Assembly (NCBI GenBank): GCA_964506845.1
Contig: CAZDNS010000006.1
Span: 1 to 59,575, forward strand
From: an uncultured Planctomycetia bacterium
GTDB taxonomy: Bacteria > Omnitrophota > Gorgyraeia > VGKN01
Direction: 5' to 3'
DNA length: 59,575 nucleotides
Positions 36,501 to 41,600 of this stretch are shown here, in pieces. Both the position numbers and the translations under genes were made by a program. Below the pieces are notes generated by a model that was given only the letters and a program-made list of their open reading frames with translations, searched no databases and was not told the DNA's origin. Within the stretch, counting starts at the first letter, position 1. The number at the start of each line of letters is the position of its first letter.

Positions 36501-38564
36501 CTGTTCATCTGTCGCATCAATAACTTCAATCCCTCCGGCTCCGAGAAACCCTGCCTTGCCATTAATCCATTCCTTAATAGGAGCATTCTGAATCGTATCT
36601 ATAGCTTTTCCAATGGCTAAATAATCCTCCGGATGTTTGATAGTTTGCCTTGCAGCTACTACTCTGCGAATAGCGATGCGGGTGGCTGCTTTACGCAAGG
36701 ATATGTTCTCACTCTTAACCAATGACCACATCTCACTAAAGTTAGTGCGCATACGTGTATTTACATCTTCAGCAATCTCATCATCCGTCATCCGTTTATT
36801 CGCAGGGTCATTGAGCCACCATTCCCAGAAAGAGACAATCACTCCGCCTGCACTGGCTAAGATGTCTGGAAGGACAAATACCCCCCTACTTGAGAGTTCT
36901 TGGTCAGCTTGTCTGGTAATAGGTCCATTTGCTGCTTCGGCAATCAAGCGCGCTTTGACACGGCCTACATATCCCGGACGCTCTGGGTCAGTATGAATAA
37001 CATCTTCTACGCTGGCAAGTAATAGAATGTCCGCATCTGCTTCAAGAACTGCCCTATCTCCCTCATCCTTACCTCTAACTGCTTTTGCTCCTACCTTATC
37101 AGCAACATCCACAACCGATTGTTTGTTCTCCTTTGCCTTTATAAGGATATTAATATCATCCTCAGAAAAACCCTTTTCTTTAAGAACTGCTCCACCTGTA
37201 TCATTAATCGCAACTATTTTTTTACCACGCTTAATCTCCTCAAGGGCTCCGAAACGACCTGCATTTCCAAAACCAGTAATGGCTTCAATGGGTGCATCCG
37301 GATTTTTCATCTTAGAGCGTATCTCAGGCTCTTCTAATGCCCGGCTAATTACATATGAGGCACCCAAGCCGGTAGCGATATTACGCACCTTCAAGCCACC
37401 TAAGTCAGTGGGTTTTCCAGTAATCATTCCAATCTCACGCGCTTCTTTGCGATGGGCAGCCACTAAATATGGAACATCGAGGGAATGCTTTTTATCTTCA
37501 TTTGTTGGTGTTAACCCAAGCTCTTTAGCCCTAACCTCCAGTGCTCCATCCAATATCCAAGCCATATCTTCACCTGTTGTGTTGACATCAGGCGCTGGAA
37601 TATCTATGTCATATCTAATTATGCCTTGTCTTGCCCAATCAGCTCCAATAGCTCGCATCATATTCCTTCGGTCATCTCTTAAAAGCTCTTTTTGCCTAAG
37701 AGGTTTAACCTCTACAATACGTCCTTCTCTATTCCTTCTATACAATACTCCAAGAATCTGGGCTTTACCGCCGCCATATAGAAGGTTAGCCAAGGCAACT
37801 TTCCACGTCATATCCTTTGACATCGCTCGCCCCTCTTGAGTTGTCCATTCTTGTGAATCCTCCACAAGCACCTGTAACTCCTCTTGGGTATGTGGACGTT
37901 GACTTAATGCCTCAAGACGCTCATTAAGTGCTCTGCCCAAAGGGTCATCTCCTGCAAATATAAGTCTAATCCCACCCTTAAATTGTCCTCGCCAGTTGTT
38001 ATCCTGACAACGGACAACAAAGAGATTCCATTCTTCACCATTCACTTTTACGGGAATTTCTGCTTTGTGGATGTTCTGGGTTTGTAAGAGTGCTTCAGCA
38101 ATATCATCAGAAATTCCTTCTGTTTTAATAGCCTCTTTCGTCTCAGCCAGCACCTTGGTAAGAAATGGATTTAAGTATCCATTACTGCCTCTCCTCATAC
38201 TACCTTGTTTTCCTAAGAATAGGGGTGGTGCAAGGTGAGAATCTGGCTTTTGAGTTAAGGAATAAGCAGGGGAAGGTAGAATCAGGGATGTAACAAGAAA
38301 AGTCTGTGCCACAATCAACGCTACAAGTTTTTTAAAATATTTTCTAAAGCCTTTAGTTTTGTGCCATAATAAAGTCATAGGTTTTAAGTCACAGGCCATA
38401 AGTAAAGGGGTTACCGCTTGTGGCTTGTAACTTGTCCAGAATGAAGTTGCTTTCTTAAGTAGTACTTCGGAATCCCGAAGCTTAATTCTATCAGACCGTA
38501 TCATTGGGGATGACTTTTGGCTTCTATTTTCTATTGTCTGTTTTCTGTCTTCCGCCATTTCCAC
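18519..38564 (-). CDS. Leader-passenger-CTD megaprotein (6681 aa): GDH + GTP-PEPCK + HAD + enolase + permuted iPGM + WH linker + permuted TIM + PGI + HAD-IIB + Zn-ADH + phosphohexomutase + shared C-terminal domain
   Basis: Single uninterrupted ORF in the track. The start is uncertain. GTG 38564 / ATG 38558 have an AAGGA upstream. ATG 38378 (M63) gives MTLLWHKTKGFRKYFKKLVALIV..., aligned with the paralog leaders, and 38379-38564 is built from intergenic-type repeats, but that ATG lacks an SD. Confidence 0.9.
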   Translation of the reverse strand: MEMAEDRKQTIENRSQKSSPMIRSDRIKLRDSEVLLKKATSFWTSYKPQAVTPLLMACDLKPMTLLWHKTKGFRKYFKKLVALIVAQTFLVTSLILPSPAYSLTQKPDSHLAPPLFLGKQGSMRRGSNGYLNPFLTKVLAETKEAIKTEGISDDIAEALLQTQNIHKAEIPVKVNGEEWNLFVVRCQDNNWRGQFKGGIRLIFAGDDPLGRALNERLEALSQRPHTQEELQVLVEDSQEWTTQEGRAMSKDMTWKVALANLLYGGGKAQILGVLYRRNREGRIVEVKPLRQKELLRDDRRNMMRAIGADWARQGIIRYDIDIPAPDVNTTGEDMAWILDGALEVRAKELGLTPTNEDKKHSLDVPYLVAAHRKEAREIGMITGKPTDLGGLKVRNIATGLGASYVISRALEEPEIRSKMKNPDAPIEAITGFGNAGRFGALEEIKRGKKIVAINDTGGAVLKEKGFSEDDINILIKAKENKQSVVDVADKVGAKAVRGKDEGDRAVLEADADILLLASVEDVIHTDPERPGYVGRVKARLIAEAANGPITRQADQELSSRGVFVLPDILASAGGVIVSFWEWWLNDPANKRMTDDEIAEDVNTRMRTNFSEMWSLVKSENISLRKAATRIAIRRVVAARQTIKHPEDYLAIGKAIDTIQNAPIKEWINGKAGFLGAGGIEVIDATDEQRLFDLAVKEGVLTALPDGNYHHRSHPKDTARAEAPTHIATDDPADKGIFNNWMHADEAKKQLKDRAYGSYKGKKMYVIPFIMFPGSPIEMVGVQVTDSIYGAISLLELVKVGQAVIGDSALQKLNSANPDEVLKIWHSTGDLDKIRRATKPDEPEDRLFVEFPKEREVGLFGSAYGGNLLGPKKFGLRLAQYIAYQNVKRARDKGESIPPNTLVLAEHAALIELINKKTSKTYRIMLFGPSASGKSTFATYLPPDELADDWEVLTISDDLVGMWFDEEGYLVGANPEDGLFAVAPKTSPRTNARLVEATLSPKVKPGNKPVIFTNTAINRKTGKVWWEELTDTVPIDVSELEQYERWVKGETDTPPKSLEGWQDWTGQPIAERPQGKRGEKWAHPNARFTLNKVNLETRSPNWHKGGRIDAIFFGGKIPDGQPPLVQLNTPERAILDAFFMAPEETFAVEGAVVGRRRPDPFALRPFYATTERQHLDTWLYVMKQAKQNGKAPAFFHFDQFRKGWPGFRQDVRLIMLALAMAGKFEGMKVEAIDTPIGRIPNPEAVKLFLKGLNIAPEVIVDMFSYHHRYGASEALRWVLFLKEIEAKGFQLPDELQPLYQELIREATEELTTELSKVNTVLFDLTGTLLTDGLNDCIDKMNKIFGVDEDTLRVWLQTSNEAKDFRLGKISADEYWSYVLNKLLRETIGKPKTKKAIEFFELGKDKRKETLKLYLYDAYKEIPGVAELVKAISERGYNLAILTNMEKERAEYLKKKFPFLQNVRIITSAELGELKPESKAFDEAFKILKREFGITSAEELILIDDEPKNFEHPRQLNWRTLQVDSAKGIAGEYPEIQFLINRNAPIQLNLVAREAFDSRGKSTVEAVLRLGDIEVTGTVPAGASKGEDEAKTVTTEQAIRNVNEIITQLLMQSGLDLRKYEDLIKMEQLIIEKAGENFAVLGANAVVPVSWALWKMAAKLQGMELWEYIRKYEPDAVSDKTEPVYFYMNIYNGGLHALKKAEGEVLGKDRIDIQEIMIVPVGAKSYREQLEMGDMIDSALKEILLGRFDAKTIKRADEAGFSVKGLGNSTEAIGYVFEAIEKAGYRVGEDVKLALDVAASSFYDKDRGVYNFQGKAWTSDKMIDYYVQLAEQYAGKIISIEDGLAENDWEGWQKLTKEMMRRGVRTKRGIRTVGDDLFVTQLQRLNKGIEMEAATDILIKVNQNGTMYGTLEAIKAAKRAGMGWIISHRSGETMDNGIADLAYATNAFGLKTGDPQPPYDFAEGGQYQGQPLVRRVKYLRMIEIEEQTKKVKLVKRISDVLASAYKLVEDHFKGKAKGDEFVLPIVVVDEDGNPIGRVKDGDTLFFVNFRTDRPRQLIWWFTGQNYEDRAGDVERGKVPQVEFVTMTQYDGAFTVPVVLKTPPLTNTYGEVLAAHGIRQMRRAEDAKIKHVTYFLDGEKQEKSEGEEWGLIPSQQVATYNSAPEMKAVELANAVISDMRSGIEDIVLNFANADMLGHTGDFEAAKKGIEVVDEQLGRLIEEAKRQGYIVVITADHGNAEQMVDKSGKLLTSHTSNPVPFIIIGLDGQVSLREGGNLTNVAPTLLHLRRIEKPQEMDQESLITSPLNTTHNKILTIVLDGWGIRKETEGNAIAQANTPNMDTFWKQYPHTSLKASEIPSSENGHREIGAGRRLMTARELINESIQDSSFFQNETLVQAMQQVKQKGTTLHLLGLLSDGNVHSSMEHWFATLELAKRLGLKSEQVVIHAFLDGRDTSPDSAKKYLDELQTKCDELGVGRIVDAMGRYWGMDRENKWDRTGLAARALINGEAAQYVKITSQNTTTESYAMTVPTTPTQGSLAEAILDLYSAGRKGLINANSIITTDGYVETDGKKKRWRKLHRTRGAPRREAKPFSRTTLTWELDGLASLGFFTKEKVKTDKGQRLEYRPTEKFFILLEARQAQLNEIANLPAFQHPSVFEAFSTKNLTELILGINNILLKIAEDRVFEILKQRKSLSVKELEESGVAGSYSAEEVLEALARSKWIVKKEIVDGEVRYFYRPMRLMAQANEKTNIKLLKSLGADGILSGHSESRVAHELTDEDVNALLKQADGIMGGINVLAVGEPAEMRYPKDDANEGKLKEEGWNFIRSQVVNGLAGRTREQILNTIIAYEPIWAIGEKAIRPATPQEAEEVQGFIKGILRELVGGDADKVVIQYGGSMNAKNAAGLMVEVDIDGGLIGGASLTKEAALSLIRAIVETVRAQKKSGTFSGRIPTLGFNLKAEVGGAKMEAAYLRELMDIFKFIEANLSDIDLENDIRIFFAVSDTDISLFDRALRGESPADLFDLNQATLPNGMELAVDIKWLSPFKPGAHTSDITAEALRLAGVKHVIVADEVTEDDPRVIRAEEAGLKVVGLREKNIVLISDLVYLRDLLKEVVEEGSYKNCLIVIPPSLAREAYVYASTIPLTVAHRAPLRKTVVKEKGVYKSYKAEGQLELVVEGLVKVSHKFAKEPRPLYTAEELRRINANLSGALATWQAYLNSHGVNSSYAARRFPGSSYSFKTRFFVDPDNEFYISNPGDGFLEIDDEWTMLPAILQTLLLNHEANLTESVALDEDLLFYAWLKKNRSEELEAALKAHPELARQPYFAFLEKNWNKYAEDKKKAIIRFMMQEELRQAGRAVETGLIEKGNFEIAAQILDKLRDIFVALCFDQGKAGEDFYLVPDAMAPLVYLLKSKEPPNPEELLRRLKGLILQDDFRGSISNVWDLSAEGKRKMAEILLRHKEALDEILLPLYNLRHYERENIDRHEIKTQVSIGKIYYAVDKDYRNRRFYISLGSIDGINFFLNWPAASGEAISLVEAGDLAYQMEKGQVRILGRLSTDESALNKEDRFKDISARLSRLIENAEPRVSEAFHSLHYVSTLNDMAASRTSSGSGHPAPVSKPSESLLQTVSEEFARIVQTTGLPSSQLTEILLNATAVQVFITRLAELSRKNPEDILNILSKQPLLKGLVSRYKLEQIAATDVPPTIPAERQTRLKAGDLVDAEKVSGYSKHGVAISVSLPKDEVIVDREELAVVRRLHSEVQDIMQNKESQPEERRGNLNYRGEVKEYYNEEFSAVAEQLDEYVAEHFRGIENVDWLFVMGMGANEFLLHEMMRLQEEMREGGTLGKRPRLILVNNPVELERILSEHPDIQDDNSLWIYLSRSGETTETEKVLGFTHNKFTHNIAFANQGALKILGERFADAGARVFPFSPKRNIGGRFMRRKTEMVYGPFYLAFGPKITQRYVEVTDTADQKLSFTKKDGFAFQLARFIDVNMRLGRRQNIAMVIGSERLMPKAKELRQWVMEGVNKPEALSPTLLSIYPPGDKSLDRVAENMADDHIVIVLLDKSDPGYAEASKKAESLKQRMPVIVIEIEKMTIESSAELTTLFEDTIASYSHMVNQDHYSNPMVRRVRNEGAVALAQLGERTRERHRITVEVGELPVAKGRPDETDILRGDEEVKPDEAAISLWKQFSLLAEEIGISYEDMLAVLFDEAINAFKFCVDSAENAKMLRSISMANKIQNLPIFGRLTPRYKNAVSLKAGVAKADVFVKTGVLNTAAQALGIDVNISLGEASYNESAVKARREQFEAQISPIIQRAEAQGDQKTLLAIQLATFLALAYAEDPARQYINFLVNNSSLKLLTRAFKESVSGKNGMIVFTGELPTDSHSYIEGVIGQSARFLDILILARDYERPEGKALESLLKVDDVHTPHHIGLSVADVNYGLAKGNANALAAKSPTIVITVDKLDQATIRTLSDIFAKSAELISQARIFGRGDTVEAFFSSGALREAEQRYEEIEDVMPGTNVLIFDNDQFLTWPVIDLSAEELEEIIKGKKPMPAKYRLSPDNYVLLTKYLSRGGILVILSGGDLNNLLLRVVDILPAHLRRQIIIAHCGGKQVYTFDEQGNLVDRPAIDFVAEFFEERKIDEEGRASFEREWMAAIDKAAEFFSLDSTEVVEVSIPRVRVDRRYDRRGYQQGHPVQVTFEFDSRNAALNSLAGQKKQQVVEELNRRIRDFNQQNSEANIPQLSLSDEKYDLRIPLKEYLQFLYKKTEREKGIALTNLGLSLPGTGALDTGIEGINKRVVTTAIIDRGLIEGLLGRKIDGLEILVGEDSPSSLVAMLSGIANASSEEINNADKARGLLVPEKTPLDDDPFLAGLRDRITIILGKYGPACEGLTKYMIDSLGRRSDSVVDCKFCALKNGVVTVQEKQIDLSKCAKDEVIVRVALAGICRADVKEVTSSRDIPEDRGPLFGHELVGEIVAAGKDTGFKVGDRITFNPNITPDRTTGFAEYFSVRGARVKEALNIVPEEIPLEKAVLSEPLACVVRSVDKLLSHMGVSDLRGKRVAVIGAGNVGTMHLLLAKNLGAEEIVALDIDSNRLDFLRKQGLFDGRTKLFNKEGIEENLGEDGGKFDVVIVVPTAITPKTLRVASQLITNDGVIHLYGGTRKGDIFAGADIDSIRRNETKERAMIDDKMLFLSGAYGAESPDFQKAFGLLQNPELPFERLVSTKIDLRGLPSYITAMAKGDEDPPGKVVVQPSTMGGIWQKLPQAAEIAIRLVDLLPYLEKTFKDGFDGLAQQIAVSLPPYIKISELSFMVCSDGLWIVGPEQEDKPQVFMRINPNKQAGISEGIKKVVEVSEAELVSEDVDIGTVTRISIAASEPAARREMIRQIVANLITEKKKIADGLTYEEPAYSITPLMQRFIFGAKLEIEFLKGFEKAAEKARTQYPELAALIEHLKDPNSGPFKLEITKELAEKWNLKKGLADVVKAMAPIAVAGMRNSQNPLAPFDLNSPMNILLTLLLGNELAETALKIAAEQEATMTETIIGGEVRYNTPLVSEMLRRRFAKLGIIVHSPSRGTYLPIGATSFITTVLNIMFTMYDTASHSARNIYASKLMGNLRPPISPFIEANLEKLGIDVKAYRRARSEGAQLLIEDMVALADNIGRKIDDILETGKPLIIEFASSSDEHIHFDIESPVDANNIPVSDKYAKYLRGSYVTSSNIQAVQEALANGLKIGFDQARGSAYQFFRGVFEKVFNRETVGKIVWTGTIPDSFFGDTGMTDFNQKQPPDEFVKRYVEKISTRLDEFFGNLPLTYVLVATISERELASNIGETPRQDKENDVVNIKFKIYAKEEEGLLKRLGVPYRKLANSNLLAYYRPKMADISEDVSLLQVVAASKLPVFMLNQPIGFVYPTTDPDGDRFVLMQVEKNDKETKQRLEHLNIAYLVLSDEKILAVYVPNQTFLQIQDAYIEQLKEEGKWSQNIEDPNAATFFSIKTTVSSSAWLELSNGEDIPVVQVPVGFKEIGSIMRKVELQLMINEVRHKLGLKPRMVVIHDIFGNPIRLGYNPRLLFAGEESGGMVVGSTELLTTEDGLRRYLSWREKNAVEASVLTFIMISKRFNKAREAALKRGVNETGLYQDAEFLQDISLSNMLQKIIEQKQMQNTAELRTDVDLVDVLATAQATPERRKEMLDVGFEWRDNNFAFFLSLAFALESGNITLNDVKAILKEVLVKDEVMVAKIKAVTDDKALEDLLKQIDDLQRYLFTGDAVYMEFSNGTWEIIRPSGTEARIKSYPSTADARISAILSNAIGEVHPKMFFELAKGDTEEPDMPNTAAYIAKMRTNDPSLIDRDKILDRKQAQYQRGLEVDTMPDWFANSEIQKLLLKLLPETETITSAHIFLGPKTQKEPLVYNEEANIIYISWEFENHMQKLFKAEQLINTNPQGVINVLSNAKSEFEAILSTWPAALTPAPLGPLLLFAAYYNSIMDRAQTIINTDNWLTFNYATNFQKPKEGFRNLIVLQPHMLAQALGLQLSINSLLASDEGITVVVDKEGIQEGEIDSYLELAGLKDLVSSGKVQLKTKRGIEELMGSGEYNKIVRAGTKEYLDGWRLERENLFNLQVNEAPENTANLGIFPAVRSIALNAPIEGLVKKLSDTTFALIPTGNIPQGYSDQLNSYRAMLGAK
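18522..19082 (-). other. Shared C-terminal domain (CTD), copy 3 (most divergent)
   Basis: 'WLTFNYATNFQKPKEGFRNLIVLQPHMLAQALGL..ITVVVDKEG..KIVRAGTKEYLDGW..ANLGIFPAVRSIALN..YSDQLNSYRAMLGAK-stop'. Confidence 0.8.
19635..22112 (-). other. alpha-D-phosphohexomutase (PGM/PMM) domain with large insertions
   Basis: All four family loops occur in canonical order: 'YDTASHSARN' (phosphoserine loop), 'TTDPDGDRFVL' (metal loop), 'FAGEESGGMV' (sugar loop), 'IIRPSGTEARIK' (phosphate loop). Spacing between loops is much larger than in free-standing enzymes. Confidence 0.75.
22800..23852 (-). other. Medium-chain Zn-dependent alcohol/polyol dehydrogenase-like domain
   Basis: 'VRVALAGICRADV', 'LFGHELVGEIVAAGK', 'VAVIGAGNVGTMHLLLAK'. 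No structural-zinc Cys cluster was seen. Confidence 0.65.
24075..25022 (-). other. HAD-IIB-like (sugar-phosphate phosphatase/PMM-type) domain
   Basis: 'NVLIFDNDQFLT' (DxD motif I), 'GGILVILSGGD', 'IEGINKRVV', 'EILVGEDSPSS' in place of GDxxND. Confidence 0.5.
25095..27182 (-). other. Glucose-6-phosphate isomerase-like (two SIS halves split by a long insertion)
   Basis: 'WLFVMGMGANEF', 'LWIYLSRSGETTETEKV' and 'NIGGRFMRRKTEMVYGP' form SIS-1. 'MIVFTGELPTDSHSYIEGVIGQSARF' forms SIS-2. Confidence 0.65.
29175..30311 (-). other. Triosephosphate isomerase, permuted / one-and-a-half copy
   Basis: First come beta4 to the C-terminus: 'LGADGILSGHSESR', 'IIAYEPIWAIGEKA', 'VIQYGGSMNAKNA', 'DIDGGLIGGASL'. 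Then the N-terminal half follows: 'IPTLGFNLKAEVGG', 'IRIFFAVSDTDISLF', 'FKPGAHTSDITAEALRLAGVKHVIVADE'. Confidence 0.75.
30345..30869 (-). other. Arg-rich segment + two winged-helix-like modules
   Basis: 'GKKKRWRKLHRTRGAPRREAKPF', then 'LTWELDGLASLGFFTKEKVKTDKGQRLEYRPTEKFFILLEARQAQLNEIANLPAFQHPSVFEAF', then 'RVFEILKQRKSLSVKELEESGVAGSYSAEEVLEALARSKWIVKKEIVDGEVRYFYRP'. Confidence 0.6.
31047..32564 (-). other. Cofactor-independent phosphoglycerate mutase (iPGM), circularly permuted
   Basis: The canonical C-terminal part comes first: 'GDEFVLPIVVVDEDG', 'FFVNFRTDRPRQ', 'NFANADMLGHTGD', 'VVITADHGNAEQM', 'TSHTSNPVPFI'. A ~10-aa linker follows. Then comes the canonical N-terminus: 'ILTIVLDGWGIRKETEGNAIAQANTPNMD', 'SSENGHREIGAGR', 'HLLGLLSDGNVHSSMEH', 'FLDGRDTSPDSA', 'GRYWGMDRENKWDR'. 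Confidence 0.8.
32610..33938 (-). other. Enolase domain, catalytic motifs intact
   Basis: 'AREAFDSRGKSTVEA', 'VPAGASKGEDEA', 'NIYNGGLHA', 'ADEAGFS', 'LALDVAASSFY', 'IISIEDGLAE', 'TVGDDLFVT', 'ILIKVNQNGT', 'IISHRSGETMD', 'FGLKTG'. Confidence 0.9.
33990..34622 (-). other. HAD-superfamily domain with P-type-ATPase-like D-x-T-G-T motif I
   Basis: 'TVLFDLTGTLLTD', 'NLAILTNMEKE', 'ELILIDDEPKN'. Confidence 0.6.
34695..36587 (-). other. GTP-type phosphoenolpyruvate carboxykinase domain
   Basis: 'KKMYVIPFIMFPGSPIEMVGVQVTDS', 'FGSAYGGNLLGPKKFGLRLA', 'IMLFGPSASGKST', 'GANPEDGLFAVAP', 'KWAHPNARFT', 'IDAIFFGGK', 'FHFDQFRKGWPGF'. Confidence 0.85.
36645..38072 (-). other. Glutamate dehydrogenase-like (ELFV family) domain
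   Basis: 'WRGQFKGGIRL', 'LLYGGGKAQI', 'YDIDIPAPDVNTTGEDMAW', 'ITGKPTDLGG', 'AITGFGNAGRFGA', 'EAANGPIT', 'LPDILASAGGVIVSFWEW'. Confidence 0.85.
38190..38378 (-). other. Family leader of the 6681-aa protein
   Basis: MTLLWHKTKGFRKYFKKLVALIVAQTFLVTSLILPSPAYSLTQKPDSHLAPPLFLGKQGSMRRGSNG. Confidence 0.7.
38435..38510. repeat. ~75-nt palindromic intergenic repeat, diverged copy E3
   Basis: tccagaatga...cttcggaatcccgaag...tcattgggga is colinear with E1 (50426-50500). It lies inside the N-terminal extension of the 6681-aa ORF. Confidence 0.7.
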
Positions 38565-38625
38565 TTTTCCTTTAATTACTCGTTACGCGTTACTGATTAC
38601 TATTTTTTATCACTTATAGCTCTCA
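38565..38625. repeat. 7-nt-periodic degenerate spacer
   Basis: Minus strand reads AGTGATA AAAAATA GTAATCA GTAACGC GTAACGA GTAATTA AAGGAAA. Confidence 0.5.
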
Positions 38626-41600
38626 TTATATCGCCAGCTTCATATTCATTTTCTTCATAGCGGTTTTGGTTATGGCTACAGGTTTTTTCAAAATTCGCAT
38701 CATTTGTTCTTCGCTAAACAATGGAATCTTTTTCCCATCATAAAGCTCAACCATATTCAGCAAATCCACCATCAGATGGTCCTGACCCAACTGCTCATCA
38801 TCTATCCTGCAGAAGGATATTATTTTTTTCTTGGCATATTCCATAAGATAATCATAGATTCTTATGTAGTTACCTATGGAGCTTATGCTGAAACCTATCT
38901 GGTCTTTCCCTTCGCCAAGTTCAAACCCCGCCTGTTCTAAAAACTCAATGGCAGATTTCAGTATCTTTGGATTGTGCGCCATATTTAACTGAATTGCCAC
39001 TTTATCTCTTCCATGTTCGTTGATTGACTTTTTCGTTGCCCTTAGAAACATTATGAACACTTCGTTATATCCGGGCGACATATTCTTAATAAGCCCTCTA
39101 AAACCTAATGGCGAATTTGTGGTTGACCTTTCATATCTATCGCCAAATTTAAGACCTTTAAGCAATACTTGACCACCTACAGTGCTACCTTTGAAAAAAT
39201 CTGGCTCCTGCTGCGAGGTCTCAAAAACCACTAATTCCCCCTTTTCTGTTGCTTCTCTTACTGCCGCATCAATGTGTTCTTTGACCACTTTATTAATAAA
39301 ATCTTGAATGGAGCTCGCCTCATATCTCCCTAATAACTCTTCCACAGCTCTAACGGTATCTCTCTCTACGGCTTCGTCAATTACTATCCCCTTTTCTTTC
39401 TGAAAAGCCCTCAAGTCATTATAGGCCTCTTCGAATGTCTCTTTTGCAAGTCCTGATAATTGTCCAGTTTTGTAGAGATAAATAGCAAAAGCAAAAGGAT
39501 GTAAACCTAATTCGACAAATATATCATCCATGCTTACTACTTTAACATTTACCTTCTCAGGCTCTGCAGTATAATCTATATTTTCAGGAGTAAATATAGT
39601 GTTGTCTACAATCTTCTCGGTATAGAGTTTTATGCTCTTTTCTAAATACACAAAACCTCTCTGAAAATCAACCACATAGTCTCTATTATCTTCTAAAGCC
39701 CTGAAAGGATCCTGAGCAGTATCAACAAGAATAGCGGGTTTTCGCCAGTTTACTCTTAACCACTCCATGACAGGAGAATCCTCTCTAACACCACTTGTTA
39801 TAATCCCGCTTGCCTTTGAAAGCTGTATAGCAAGAATGCTTTCTTTTTTAGCATCTGTCTCTGTAAAATCCACATCTGGACCCAAGATAACGATATCCCC
39901 CTCAACAATCTTTGGCACTTCAACTTTTTTACCATCCGGCAATTTTTCTAAATATGTTAAATCTCTATTGTTTTTTATAAAAACTACTCTGCGTAATGCA
40001 GCGCCCTTTTGCTCCTCTCTAAGTTTTTTGCCTGTTACTATCTTAGTTAGTGGTCCGACATCCTTTGAATCTATATAATTTGTTTCTAAGTGGCTATCTG
40101 CTGTGAGGCTGACAGTCTGACCAAATGCAGGGATACTAGTTCCAACAGAATCCAATACTGCGACTATCTGCATAGCGGCTCTTCTGGCTTCAGGGGTGGG
40201 TTTTCTTAGCAAGTTTATTATGGCATTACCGCATAAACCCAGTGTAAAATCCACCAATGCCTCTCCTGTCTTTGGGTCTGTAAATTCCTCTTCAATAACT
40301 CTCTTTGCCTCAAGCGCGCTATGTAATATAGCGTCTATAACCTCTGGGTCTCCTTCGTCAAAGACTGATATCTCGCTGACCTTATCTGTTCCTGGAATAT
40401 ATATTTTTGTCTTTTTGAATCCCTTCTCATCCCTGTCTGCCTTTTTAACGGACTGGGTAAGGTCATTTGTCCCATATGAAAAGAAGGTATGGACATTGTA
40501 TTTCCTGGCAAAATTAGCCAGAATTCTTGCGTAATCAGCTGCCAGAGGAACGTTATTTCCAAGCTCAAGCATCATACCTATATATGGAGGAAGCTCTATC
40601 TCACCTGCTTCATAAAGTTTTGCTATCCTATCTAAACCCTTCTCTAAATCCTCGGGCGACCTTAAGAACACAAAGAAGAATCCAAACGTTCCCACATTTG
40701 TCCCCTTTGTGGCTTTTATGGCATCGTTCATAGCCTTAAGTTGAATATCCACGGCATAGATATTCTCATCCCTGACCTCAAGGCCTGTGCCTCTGTCACC
40801 CACCATAGAAGCCCTCTCCTCATTGTAAAATAACTCGGCACCAATCAAATCTTTTATAATCTCGTTCTTTTTAAAATCCCTTGCCCTGACTAAAACCAAT
40901 TGTTCTGGTGTAACTGTTCTTGCCAAGCCAATAAAATGTGCCTTTAGTTTATCTCTCAGATATGCCTCTGCTGTGGGATAGCCTGCTATCTTTTCTCTGA
41001 TTTTAGCCTGTATATCCTTTCGCGGTCTTAACTTCTCTACATCCGCCATCATTCTCTTTTGCCTTGCTATTTCTGCTGGTCCTTGGGGATTTTCTAATAG
41101 GTAGAGTTGCTTTTTATTGGCTCTTAAAATAGCCAATTCCCAGAGTTGTTCTCTTATCCTGTTATTCTTATGTAATTTTATACCCCGTAAAAGCCCCATA
41201 GTGTACTCAACTGGTCCAACAACCTCTCCTCCTTCGGAAACGGCAAAGTTCCTTATTGTCTCTTCATTATCCAACAGGTCTTCCACATTGGCTATTATCC
41301 ATTCTCGCCTTTCCTCTCTCGGCACCTCAAGCCATTCGCCGTTAATCTCTATCTTAGAAGGCCCGAGCTCAGTCTTATCCAAGATTATATTAAGTGCACC
41401 TTCAAGTTCCTCTTTTGCTGTAATCAACTCCGCTTCTAAACCTTCTAACTCTTTTAAACGTGCCAAAATCTTCTCCTTATTATTGAGAATCTGTAGATTG
41501 TCATAGGCCTCGCCTGCCCTGAAATCCACTCCGATAGCTAAAAGTGCCTCTTCTATTCTATCGAGACTGAATCCATAATAACCGCTTAGTTTTTTCTTTA

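Noticed and set aside
37027-37839. Long plus-strand ORFs nested in the giant genes (for example 37027..37839, 23560..24279, 21868..22356, 27352..27789, 29488..29895, 10608..10994).
   Set aside because: All lie antisense inside ORFs with dense, colinear enzyme motifs. Their translations are low-complexity S/P/A/L-rich with no motifs, as expected for the antisense frame of long coding regions.
38379-38564. The 62-codon N-terminal extension of the 6681-aa ORF as genuine coding sequence.
   Set aside because: It is not fully rejected. The extension is composed of a palindromic repeat copy (E3) and a heptad spacer that are intergenic elsewhere, and paralog leaders start right before the hydrophobic core. 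However, only 38564/38558 have an SD-like AAGGA, so the start remains open.
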